DNA of 64,000 nt from an uncultured virus (IMG/VR IMGVR_UViG_3300031949_000026) (lineage: Duplodnaviria > Heunggongvirae > Uroviricota > Caudoviricetes), in IMG/VR virus record IMGVR_UViG_3300031949_000026, one strand, 5' to 3'. The translations under genes and the position numbers were made by a program. Below the pieces are notes generated by a model. The model ran no database searches and was not told the DNA's origin. It saw nothing but the letters and a program-made list of their open reading frames with translations. Shown here one piece after another: positions 1 through 8,835 of this stretch; positions within the stretch are counted from its first letter, which is position 1, and every line of letters begins with the position of its first letter.

Positions 1-177
1 GTGTTTGATGAATCCCCGGAACATGTGGAGCAGGCAGTAGATGTGAATCGTCCCGTTTTTACAGGGAGTCGCGATGCAGAAGTGGGGGTCGATCTTCTTC
101 GAGCCGAAGGTCATCCCGGTCAAGGGGCAGATGGCCTTGACGTGGGTTAGCTCTTTCTTCTTCTCCGCGATCGCCAT
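1..177 (-). CDS. Cys/His-rich hypothetical protein, partial (runs off window start)
   Basis: ATG at 177 on minus strand; MAIAEKKKELTHVKAICPLTG...FC...PC...HIYC stays open to the edge; divergent from the promoter at 228. Confidence 0.45.
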   Translation of the reverse strand, partial: MAIAEKKKELTHVKAICPLTGMTFGSKKIDPHFCIATPCKNGTIHIYCLLHMFRGFIKH

Positions 178-227
178 ACTCTACTAGTAAGTAGCCGATT
201 AACCGTCCGGACACAAGCGAATTCCGC

Positions 228-255
228 TTGACAGGGGTCCCCTACGGGGTATACT
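228..255 (+). promoter_or_regulatory. sigma70-type promoter for replication genes
   Basis: TTGACA(228-233)-16 nt-TATACT(250-255). Confidence 0.7.
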
Positions 256-455
256 CAGGTCGTGAACACCGGGCGTCCGAATAGGGTCTCTGAGCCTCCA
301 CCGCCATCACTCCGCTTTGTGTCCGGTGTTCACGCCTCGGCGCGCAAAGCGCAGGGGAAAGTGGCGGTGGAGGATCAGCGACTCTAGGGACGCACGCCGC
401 GCGGGACGGGAGGAGGACCCGGCCCACGCGGTCGAGAGAAGAAGAAGGAGGAGTC

Positions 456-2519
456 GTGGTCGCAAGTACCGTCATCGACGCCGCTCGCGCGCTCGTCGCC
501 GCGAACGGGGGAACGATCGCCCCAAAGGACGCGCCGTTCATCCATAGCGTCCTCTCCCAGAACTTCGTCACACCCAAGCAGGCCGCCGTCGTCGCCCGCA
601 TCCTCTCGAACTACCGCGAGCAGCTTTCCGGGCTCGGGTTCGAGTACACGGCGCTCGTCGTCCCGGCCGGGATCGTCCGCTACGGGAAGCCCGGCGAGGA
701 ACCCAAACGCGCCAAGGTCGAGGACATCCGGCGCGACGTGGAGGCGGCACGGCCGAAGCTCCCGCCGCTCGTCGCGAACGCGCCGCTTTCCGCATGGCCG
801 ATCACGACCGAGCAGGCGCTCTCCTGGTTCCCCGCAGGCTTCACCCCGCGCCCGCAACAGCAGTACGCGATCGAGAAGATCAACGAGGCTTTCGCCGCGG
901 GGAAACGGGTCGTCGTCCTGGAGTCCCCGACCGGCGCTGGAAAATCGTTCAACTGCATGACCTTCGCGCGCGCGGTCAAGGCGTCCGGAGGCGCGACCCA
1001 CTTCCTCACGATCCAGAAGACCCTCCAGGACCAGTACACGCGCGACTTCCCGGCCCCCGAAGTCGAAGTCTTGAAAGGCCGCGCGAACTACGCCTGCACG
1101 CATCCCGACTCGGACGGAGCGGACGCCGCAAACGGCGTCTGCAAACGGAACAAGAAGGGCATTCTCGGAGAATGCGTCACGGACGAGGCGAAAAGCTACG
1201 CGCAAGACCTCGGCATTTCCCCGGTCCGCGCAGCGATCGCCCTCGCGCTTCCGGCAGCCTGCCACCTCTGCCCCTACTGGAACCAACTCCAGAAGTGCCA
1301 CGACTCCGCGATCACGCTCTTCAACTTCTCCAGCTTCCTCTTCCAGGTCCGGATGGGCCGCTTCTCGAAACGGAACCTCATGGTCGTGGACGAGGGGCAC
1401 AACATCGAAGCGCAACTCATGAACTTCGTCTCGATGGAACTGACGGAGTGGGCGCTTTCGCTCGTCGGCGTCCGGATCACGGGCGACATCCGCACGAAGG
1501 AACAGTTCGTCGAGTGGCTCCGCGGAACCGATATCGTCCAGCGCATCCAAAAGAAGCTCAGGGGCGACGAAGACGAGGATACGGACGAGGGCAACACGGA
1601 CCTCCAGAAGACCGAGCAGGACGCCCTCGAAGACCTCCTCATGAAGATCGAAAACTTCCTCCGCTATCTGGAGCGGACCGACTGGATTCTGGAGACCGTC
1701 GAATACGAGGACCGGCGCGGAGCGCCCACGAAGAAGATCGTGGCCCGCCCGCTCTATGTCCGCGACTTCGCGGACGACCTCCTCTTCCGGCACGCCCAGC
1801 GCGTCCTCGTGATGAGCGCGACGATCCTCGACGTGGGCGTGTGGGCCGACAACCTCGGCATCCCGCGCGAGCAGATCGCGCATGTCGAGACGCCCTGCGA
1901 TTTCCCCGTGGAGCATCGCCCGATCTACAAGGACTATGCGGGTAATATGGGCCGGAAGTATTTCGCCCGGAAGGAAAACCCGAAGGACCCCACCGAGCCG
2001 AAATTCGTCGCGAAGATCCAGACGATCCTCGAACGTCACGAGGGGCAGCGCGGGATCATCCATTGCCACTCCTTCCAGCTTTCCGAGGTGCTCGCGCACC
2101 ACGTCGCCTCGAAAAGGTTCCTCTTCCAGGACGGCTTCAAGGACAAGGCGGAGATGCTGGCCGCCCACGCGAAACGCGAGGACTCCGTGATCGTCGCTCC
2201 CGCGATGCACGAAGGCTTGGACCTGAAAGACGGCCTCTCGCGTTTCCAGGTGATCGCGAAGATTCCCTGGCCCTCGCTCGGAGATCGCGTCGTCAAGGAA
2301 CGCCAGTCCAGGGACGACCGTTGGTACGGCTGGCTCACCGCGCTCAAGCTCGTCCAGTCCTACGGGCGCTCGGTTCGTTCCGTGAAGGATTGGGCGATGA
2401 CCTACATCCTGGACACCGGATTCGAGGCGTTCTACCACACTCACGGGATGATGCTGCCGGAGTGGTTCCGAAGCGCCCTTCGTCGGGGTGCTCCGCTGGA
2501 AAGTCAGGTGCTCCGATGA
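456..2519 (+). CDS. DinG/XPD(Rad3)-family SF2 helicase
   Basis: Q-motif PRPQQ, Walker A SPTGAGKS, KGRANYAC plus Cys cluster (FeS-like), DEGH, MSAT, EGLD, QSYGRSVRS; AGGAGG RBS. Confidence 0.9.
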   Translation: MVASTVIDAARALVAANGGTIAPKDAPFIHSVLSQNFVTPKQAAVVARILSNYREQLSGLGFEYTALVVPAGIVRYGKPGEEPKRAKVEDIRRDVEAARPKLPPLVANAPLSAWPITTEQALSWFPAGFTPRPQQQYAIEKINEAFAAGKRVVVLESPTGAGKSFNCMTFARAVKASGGATHFLTIQKTLQDQYTRDFPAPEVEVLKGRANYACTHPDSDGADAANGVCKRNKKGILGECVTDEAKSYAQDLGISPVRAAIALALPAACHLCPYWNQLQKCHDSAITLFNFSSFLFQVRMGRFSKRNLMVVDEGHNIEAQLMNFVSMELTEWALSLVGVRITGDIRTKEQFVEWLRGTDIVQRIQKKLRGDEDEDTDEGNTDLQKTEQDALEDLLMKIENFLRYLERTDWILETVEYEDRRGAPTKKIVARPLYVRDFADDLLFRHAQRVLVMSATILDVGVWADNLGIPREQIAHVETPCDFPVEHRPIYKDYAGNMGRKYFARKENPKDPTEPKFVAKIQTILERHEGQRGIIHCHSFQLSEVLAHHVASKRFLFQDGFKDKAEMLAAHAKREDSVIVAPAMHEGLDLKDGLSRFQVIAKIPWPSLGDRVVKERQSRDDRWYGWLTALKLVQSYGRSVRSVKDWAMTYILDTGFEAFYHTHGMMLPEWFRSALRRGAPLESQVLR

Positions 2520-3121
2520 CGGTCCGCGGAGAGTGCCTCTACTGCAAGGCCGACACGGGACCCAAGCCCGGGGAACCCTACGTCATGGACGACGGCACGA
2601 TCTTCGACAAGACCTCGGATGTCTGCGAAAAATGCAAGCCGACCATCGAGCGGCAGATCCAGGAGGTGAAGGCCGGAGGGGACGTCATCGTCGGAAGTCC
2701 GCCACCTGCAAACTCGATGGTGGAGAACAATCGGGAACTCCTCGAAAAATTCTGCGGTCCCTTGATCGACCCGAGCCAGCCGGAAGCGACGGTCGAGGAT
2801 TTGAAGGTCCTCTTCGTGCGCGCGTCAAAGATCATCTGGCCGGACAAGAAGGCCGGATGCCGGAGTACGTTCTGCAAGAACGTCGCCCACAGCCACCCCA
2901 AGTTCACGTCGGCGGATGGGAAGGCGTACATCAAGGGAATGTATCGGATCGAAAGCACCAAAGAGCTTCGCAGGCCGCAAGTCGGATTCGTGCTGGCAGA
3001 GTTCGGCAAGGTGCTCTCCAGCGCCGCCTACTTCGAGCGGGATGAGAAAGGGATTCCGTACATCGTCGTTATGAGCGGTGTGAGTCTAAAGAAAATCGAA
3101 GGAGAGAAACAGAAACCGTAA
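2516..3121 (+). CDS. hypothetical protein with N-terminal CxxC pairs
   Basis: ATGA overlap with helicase; CLYC...CEKC. Confidence 0.6.
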   Translation: MTVRGECLYCKADTGPKPGEPYVMDDGTIFDKTSDVCEKCKPTIERQIQEVKAGGDVIVGSPPPANSMVENNRELLEKFCGPLIDPSQPEATVEDLKVLFVRASKIIWPDKKAGCRSTFCKNVAHSHPKFTSADGKAYIKGMYRIESTKELRRPQVGFVLAEFGKVLSSAAYFERDEKGIPYIVVMSGVSLKKIEGEKQKP

Positions 3122-3207
3122 TACAAGCTGGCTCTGGGGAAGGTGTTAGGGGGAAACCCTGTTACCGTATCGGGAACCCGTTTTGTTTTAAGGAAGGAGA
3201 AGCGACT

Positions 3208-3744
3208 ATGGCACCCGAGAACGTCTTCGGAGACTTCGAGAGCGACTTCAAAAAATCGGACAAGGCCCCGCCCGGCTCCGCGCCCGGCCGCGTCCCGCCC
3301 TCGACATACAAGTTCGTCTTGACGACGAACGAACCCGAGGAAGGGCAGCCCCCCGTCGATCACGAGATCATCACCGGCAAGCAGAAGGGTACGAAAGGCT
3401 TCAAGCTCTTCTGCGAAATCGTCGAGCCCGAAAGCGTTCCGAACGTCAAGACCGGCACCCCCGAAGAGACGAAGGGGAAGGTACTCGATCACGTCTTCTG
3501 GATCACCAAGGACAACCTGCCCTTCGTCAAACGCGATATCTCGACCATCCTCGGCCGCGACCTGGAGAGCCTGGAGGAACTGACGAAATTGACGTGGGCC
3601 GGGCGCACGTTCGAGGGCGTGGTGAAGGACGACGAGTACCAAGGTATCATCCGGAGTCGTGTCGCCTTCATCAACTCGTGGACCTCCGTCGAAGGCGAAA
3701 GCGGGGAGCCCGCCGCCGGAGAGAAGGAGGGGGTGCCCTTCTAG
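3208..3744 (+). CDS. phage single-stranded DNA-binding-like protein (DUF669-like)
   Basis: PPSTYKF, beta-rich core, acidic tail ending EGVPF; sits between helicase and primase; AAGGAG RBS. Confidence 0.65.
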   Translation: MAPENVFGDFESDFKKSDKAPPGSAPGRVPPSTYKFVLTTNEPEEGQPPVDHEIITGKQKGTKGFKLFCEIVEPESVPNVKTGTPEETKGKVLDHVFWITKDNLPFVKRDISTILGRDLESLEELTKLTWAGRTFEGVVKDDEYQGIIRSRVAFINSWTSVEGESGEPAAGEKEGVPF

Positions 3745-3755
3745 GCGAGTTCCCC

Positions 3756-3785
3756 GAGGGGAGGACCTCCTCCCCTCTTCTCTCA
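3756..3785 (+). terminator. hairpin after SSB gene
   Basis: GAGGGGAGG-acct-CCTCCCCTC followed by a pyrimidine run. Confidence 0.4.
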
Positions 3786-3873
3786 ATAGGGCGCACCTGC
3801 CTTCCTCCACAACTCAGGGCGGGTGCGCCCCGGTGGGGAGAATCCGTCTTCGTTCGCATAAGAGGGGAAACCT

Positions 3874-6288
3874 GTGCCTGACGCCGCGCCGGAGATTATT
3901 GCTCCGGAGAGATTCTTGAAGGAACTCTGGGGAGTAGTCCCTTCAGACTGGCTGGCGGAATTCGCCCTCATTCAGTATCGACCCACCCAGGAAGACCCCG
4001 GTAAGAAAAGGGTTCGTCCGTTCTTCTATAGAATCGGACAGATTCTCTCAGACTGGGAAACGATCTCAAGGCACCTCGACCGCTGCAACCGGACCCAGGT
4101 CGAAAATATCCACCACGGCGTCAACCCCCGCTTTCGGACACCTAGACGCGGCCACGGAACGAACGCTGACGTGCAAGCCTATGTCGCACTTTGGGTGGAC
4201 GTGGACTTTGAGGGAAATGAGCATGGCATCCGAAAACAGTTCAACGAAATCATCGCAGACCTCCGCGCGCGCGGACTCGGACCATCCTGCATCGTAGAGA
4301 GCGGCCGGGGCCTACACGCCTACTGGCTCCTCGACAAACTGTATCCCGTCGCGGAGGCTCGACCCTACTGCGCCGGGATCATGGACTACTTTAAGATCAG
4401 CGATCCTGTCCACGACCCGCGACGAGTCCTTCGGGTTCCGGGGTTCCTTAATCTAAAAAACCCGAAAGACCCGAAGTGGTGCTCCGTGACCGAGGCAACA
4501 TGGCAGAGGTTCCCGCTCTCGGCCTTCAAGGATTACAGAGTTGAGCCGACGAAGAGCGACCATGATAAGGAAATGGAGGAAGTCGAAAGGTCGAAGGTGA
4601 AGACGACCTCTAGGGACCCGAAAATTGAAGAGATCAAGGGCGGCGTAGACGAAAGCGGCGGTCCCTACGGAGGTCGGAATCAATCCGCTGTCGCACTCGC
4701 TGGACATTACTGTGCCCGCCGAAAGCTAACAAAGAAGGCGATCCTCTACACGATGCTGGAGTGGAACCGACTCAACAAGCCCCCCCTCGGTGATCCTGAA
4801 ATCGAAGCGATCGTTGAACGTGTCTGGACCATGGAGCAGGTCAAGCGTGCCGAGGAGGACGAAGCCGAGCCGAAGAAGAAGGGCGGAAAGTCCGGCGGTG
4901 GACCGGAAGACGGGCCGCCTTGGTTCGACGAGAACGGAAAATGGATTCCCGCGCCGCTCGTGGACTACCTCATGCAGCAGGAAAGGTTCCTCTCGACGCC
5001 GATCGGCCGCGACGGGAAGGGGATCACGCTATTTCGCTACTTGGGCGGGGTCTACAAAGCGGACGGATTCGACTTCACGCGCCGGGAGACCATGCGTATT
5101 CTCGCCCGAGACGCCCGCAAGAGCCGGATCGAGGAGGTCGTCGAACTCTTAAACGAGAAGGCGAAACGAGCCTACGACGAGATCGACGCCCACGCCCACA
5201 CGCTCGTCAACGTGAAGAACGGGATGCTCCGCTGGAAGACCGGGGAGTTCCTGCCGCACGACCCGAAGTACCTCTCGCTCATCCAGGTTCCGGTCGCGTG
5301 GCAGCCGGACGCAAAGAGCGAGAAGCTCGACGAGTTCCTCCGCACGGTGCTCCCGGGAGACGCGCTCTCCGTGGCGGAGGAATTCATCGGGCTCCTCCTT
5401 CTTCCCGACACATCGTTCGCGAAGTGCCTCGTCCTCGTGGGCGAAGGAGGAAACGGAAAGAGCGCCTTCCTCAAACTGATCGAGGCGCTCGTCGGGAAGG
5501 AGAACATTTCCTACTACTCCCTCCACTCGATCGTCGAGGACCGCTTCACGGCCGCCGGGCTTCTGGGGAAGCTCGCCAACTTTCACGACGAGCTTGAGCA
5601 GCGCGCGCTCGAAAACACCGGAGCTTTCAAGCAGATCGTCGCGGGCGATCCGATCAAAGCCGAGGAGAAGAACAAGGCTCCCTTCTCGTTCCGCCCCTTC
5701 TGCCGCCTCGTCTTCGCGACGAACCAGATGCCCCGCGCGACGGACCGCTCGCAAGCGTACTTCGACCGGCTCCTCTTCCTGGAGTTCAAGAACCGGATCA
5801 GGTCCACGACCGAGGAGATTCTCGACTACGGGCGCGTGCTGTCGGAGACGCCGGGGGTCCTGGAGGCGCTGCTCGTGCGCGCCGTCGCCGGGCTCCAGCG
5901 GCTCATCACCCGGTCGAGGTTCATCCCCCCCACATCGTCGGTCGAAGCGATCGAGGACTACCGGCGCGACTGCAACTCGGCCTACGACTTCCTCCGCGAG
6001 TCCTGCCGCCTCGACGACCCGAACGGTTGGCTCGCGAAGAACATCCTCTACGACCGCTACCGGGCGTGGTCGGAGGATCAGGGGCGCAAGCCGATGTCGG
6101 CCCGGGAGTTCGCCCGGACGGTCCAGCAGATGCCGAATGTTAGGGATGTGAGGCACGGGGCCGGGCGTGGATGGGGTGGCCTCTCCTGGACGAACGGGCA
6201 GCCTCCGGCGGTGTCTGGAGACGAGGTGGCCGACTTCGGGAAGCCGAAGGACGTCCGTAGCTCGAAACAGCTTGACCTTGAATTTTAA
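3874..6288 (+). CDS. primase-helicase (RepB/AEP-like primase + PriCT + D5_N + SF3 helicase, P4/D5 type)
   Basis: LWVDVD, SGRGLHAYW, DPRRVLRVPG; GRNQSA...PPLGDPEI; VNVKNGML; Walker A GEGGNGKS; FATNQMP. Confidence 0.92.
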   Translation: MPDAAPEIIAPERFLKELWGVVPSDWLAEFALIQYRPTQEDPGKKRVRPFFYRIGQILSDWETISRHLDRCNRTQVENIHHGVNPRFRTPRRGHGTNADVQAYVALWVDVDFEGNEHGIRKQFNEIIADLRARGLGPSCIVESGRGLHAYWLLDKLYPVAEARPYCAGIMDYFKISDPVHDPRRVLRVPGFLNLKNPKDPKWCSVTEATWQRFPLSAFKDYRVEPTKSDHDKEMEEVERSKVKTTSRDPKIEEIKGGVDESGGPYGGRNQSAVALAGHYCARRKLTKKAILYTMLEWNRLNKPPLGDPEIEAIVERVWTMEQVKRAEEDEAEPKKKGGKSGGGPEDGPPWFDENGKWIPAPLVDYLMQQERFLSTPIGRDGKGITLFRYLGGVYKADGFDFTRRETMRILARDARKSRIEEVVELLNEKAKRAYDEIDAHAHTLVNVKNGMLRWKTGEFLPHDPKYLSLIQVPVAWQPDAKSEKLDEFLRTVLPGDALSVAEEFIGLLLLPDTSFAKCLVLVGEGGNGKSAFLKLIEALVGKENISYYSLHSIVEDRFTAAGLLGKLANFHDELEQRALENTGAFKQIVAGDPIKAEEKNKAPFSFRPFCRLVFATNQMPRATDRSQAYFDRLLFLEFKNRIRSTTEEILDYGRVLSETPGVLEALLVRAVAGLQRLITRSRFIPPTSSVEAIEDYRRDCNSAYDFLRESCRLDDPNGWLAKNILYDRYRAWSEDQGRKPMSAREFARTVQQMPNVRDVRHGAGRGWGGLSWTNGQPPAVSGDEVADFGKPKDVRSSKQLDLEF

Positions 6289-6306
6289 GCGGATTTTGCA
6301 TGTTAC

Positions 6307-6452
6307 GTGACGGTTTAGTGACGCTAGTGACGCTCGAACCCTATTTGGCGAACTTTTTCAAAGAATATATGATAACGGTCGTTACTAAGATATATATCTG
6401 CGAAAAACAGGCGGGAATAGGTCTGGAGCGTCACTAGCGTCACTAAAGTCAC
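6307..6452. repeat. candidate replication origin: 22-bp perfect inverted repeat with TAGTGACGC iterons around an AT-rich core
   Basis: TTTAGTGACGCTAGTGACGCTC (6314-6335) and its reverse complement (6426-6447); outer GTGAC/GTCAC copies; directly after primase-helicase. Confidence 0.75.
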
Positions 6453-6506
6453 CCGTGGAAACAAGGCGAAAAAGACCGAATGTTAGGTACCTACGGAGGC
6501 CCTGCG

Positions 6507-6938
6507 GTGGACATCCAGGAGATCATTAAAACGAAGCAGCGGGCCATGCTCCCCACCCGGCTCCTTCGTGGGGCCGAGATCCTGGGGAACCTCTGGCGCT
6601 CCGGCGTTCGCTGCTCCGGCGGGTGGGGCTCCGCCTGCTCGTGCCCGCAGGCGACGGATTTTTGTACGACGAAAGATCGGTGGGTTGCGCTCTACGTCGA
6701 GTACGTCGGGACCAAAAACCAGGGACCCATCGACGTGCTCCAGGCGATGAGCGTCCGGCAGTTCGAGGCGACCGGGCTCACCGTGCTCGTCTTGGTGCCG
6801 GGCTCCGAGATTCCGATCCGGGTCGGGAAAAACGGGACCCTCTGGCAGACGATTTCGGACCTCGGCGCGCTCGAAGGGACGACCGACTACGGTCCGGCGC
6901 TCCAGGCGGTCCTCAACATCCAGAAGGTGATGCGGTGA
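6507..6938 (+). CDS. hypothetical protein
   Basis: GGAGG RBS then GTG; GTGA overlap with next gene. Confidence 0.55.
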   Translation: MDIQEIIKTKQRAMLPTRLLRGAEILGNLWRSGVRCSGGWGSACSCPQATDFCTTKDRWVALYVEYVGTKNQGPIDVLQAMSVRQFEATGLTVLVLVPGSEIPIRVGKNGTLWQTISDLGALEGTTDYGPALQAVLNIQKVMR

Positions 6939-7156
6939 CGAATCCGTTCGGAGACATCGAGCGCGAGGCCCAGGAGCAGCGGCAGAAGCACCTCGCGATG
7001 GCCGAGGCGCTCGACTTCCTGGACGAGGAAGTGACCTCGTGGGAGGCGGAGTTTCTCGATACGGTCCTCAAGCAGCTTCACGAGGGGAAGCGCGCGCTCA
7101 CCCAGAAGCAGATCGACGTGCTTAATCGGATGTGCGACGAGTACGGTGTGGGATAA
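6935..7156 (+). CDS. small hypothetical protein
   Basis: coupled start; TSWEAEFL...LTQKQ helical protein. Confidence 0.6.
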   Translation: MTNPFGDIEREAQEQRQKHLAMAEALDFLDEEVTSWEAEFLDTVLKQLHEGKRALTQKQIDVLNRMCDEYGVG

Positions 7157-7188
7157 CTGGCCGTGTACACGGATACTTTGAAAGGGAC

Positions 7189-7698
7189 ATGATGAGCCTG
7201 GACGACAAACCGAGCGAGGGAGAGCCCGAAGAGGGTCCCTGGAATCCGGACGACGAAAAGTTGGAGCGGCGCTACCTCAAGAAGGTGATCGAGATGATGG
7301 AGCGCGCGATGCGGCGCGAGGACGAGTCCGATCAAGGCCGGGCTCTCCGAGAGGCGGCGCTCCGGTCTCGGATGGATCAGGCGGCGCGCGGCGCGGCGCG
7401 CGGGGTCGCGGCGCGCGTCCCGTCGCCTCACGATCCCGCGGGAACCCCTCCTCTTGTCGTCGTGCGGCCGATCGAGAACGGGTTCATCATCTCTTTCCTG
7501 GAGATCGTCAAGTCGGGCACGCCGCCCGGCCCCCTCCTCGGTCCTCCGGAGATCGAACTCCCGCCGAACATGGAGGTCGTCGCGTCGGTCCTGTCGTTCA
7601 AGCGCGTCGAGGCGTTCGTCCAGGAGGCGGCGGGCGTGATTCCTTACATGGAGCGCGCGATGAAGTCGCTCCGGGAGATGGAGAAGGCGGAGGCGTAG
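7189..7698 (+). CDS. hypothetical protein (IENGF family, paralogue of 32719-33048)
   Basis: VRPIENGFIISF motif shared with 32719-33048. Confidence 0.6.
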   Translation: MMSLDDKPSEGEPEEGPWNPDDEKLERRYLKKVIEMMERAMRREDESDQGRALREAALRSRMDQAARGAARGVAARVPSPHDPAGTPPLVVVRPIENGFIISFLEIVKSGTPPGPLLGPPEIELPPNMEVVASVLSFKRVEAFVQEAAGVIPYMERAMKSLREMEKAEA

Positions 7699-7700
7699 CC

Positions 7701-7925
7701 GTGCCGGAGCAGGGCGAACTTCCCGGGATGCCGAAGAAGCGTCGGAAGGATCGAGCTTGGAGCGATCTCGATCGAGCCCGCGGCCGGGTCGAGCGCCTGG
7801 AGCGCCGGTACTCGGACGGGAGCGCCTCGGTGAAGGAGATGGAGGAGCTACCGATCGCCAAGGAGAAGTTGAAGCGGCTCGAAGAAGAGGTGAGGGACAA
7901 GTGGAAGAAATGCTTCGGGAGCTAG
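7701..7925 (+). CDS. small coiled-coil hypothetical protein
   Basis: fits operon spacing. Confidence 0.5.
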   Translation: MPEQGELPGMPKKRRKDRAWSDLDRARGRVERLERRYSDGSASVKEMEELPIAKEKLKRLEEEVRDKWKKCFGS

Positions 7926-8220
7926 GGCAGTCGGCCGCGCTCCGATACTTCCTCCGGGGCCGGGTTCCGAAGGACGACGATTCGCCCGGCTGCGCGCCGT
8001 GCTGCAAGTGGATTCTGGAGGACCTGGAGCAGAACGGAAAGCTGACCGGCTACCCGAAGGACTTCAACGGAGCCTCGATCTATCCGGTCGGCTCGAAGAT
8101 CATGCATCTCCACCTCGAACTCGTGGGCGGGTTCCCGGAGATCGTGGAGGATGGGGTAGAGCTTCTTCCGGCGGTCGTGACGAAGCTCCGGTCGATGGTT
8201 CCGAGAAACTAGGAGGGGTT

Positions 8221-8835
8221 ATGCCGTTCGTCTGTGCCTTCTGCCAGGGAGAGATCGTGGTCGGGGACAAGATGGTCTCCGACGACAGGATGGACGTCGC
8301 GCACGAGCGATGCGCGGCGAGACTCGCGGAGCAGTCCGCGGCCCATCTTCCTTCCGTGACGCTCGTTGCCCCTCCTCCCTCTGCACTCCCTCTTCCCCGC
8401 GTTGTCTACCCCGACCCCTGCGCCCGGTGCGGGGAGCCTACGGGGATGCCGCAACGCTCCTGCTCGCGCTGCTACCTCGACCTCTGCCCGAAGTGCATCG
8501 CGGCCGGATGCTGCGGCGACCGGCCCGCCCACCTCGGGGAGAAGACCTACTGCGCCCAATGCAAGAAGCCCTGCCGGTCGGTGTGCCCGTACTGCAAGCG
8601 GTACGTCCACGGCGGCTACGGGCTCTCCGGCACTTGCGGGCTCCAACACGAGGCGACCTGCGAGGGCGCGCGGCGATCGAGGGAACCGGAGTCGAAGTTG
8701 CAGGTCGTCCCTACCCCCCCTTGTACGCCGCCTCCGGTGATCTGCGACACGGCGAAAATATACTCGGCCAGGAAGAAGCCCCGTATGAAGCGCGGCAAGA
8801 CTTCCGGGAAGAAAAAGGAGCGTGCGCGCCGATGA
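8221..8835 (+). CDS. Cys-rich multi-zinc-finger protein with basic tail
   Basis: many CxxC pairs; AGGAGG RBS. Confidence 0.6.
   Translation: MPFVCAFCQGEIVVGDKMVSDDRMDVAHERCAARLAEQSAAHLPSVTLVAPPPSALPLPRVVYPDPCARCGEPTGMPQRSCSRCYLDLCPKCIAAGCCGDRPAHLGEKTYCAQCKKPCRSVCPYCKRYVHGGYGLSGTCGLQHEATCEGARRSREPESKLQVVPTPPCTPPPVICDTAKIYSARKKPRMKRGKTSGKKKERARR

Noticed and set aside
384..2444. 686-aa minus ORF, and similar ones at 17639-19795, 28545-30089 and 38581-40095
   Set aside because: Mirror frames of motif-bearing plus-strand genes
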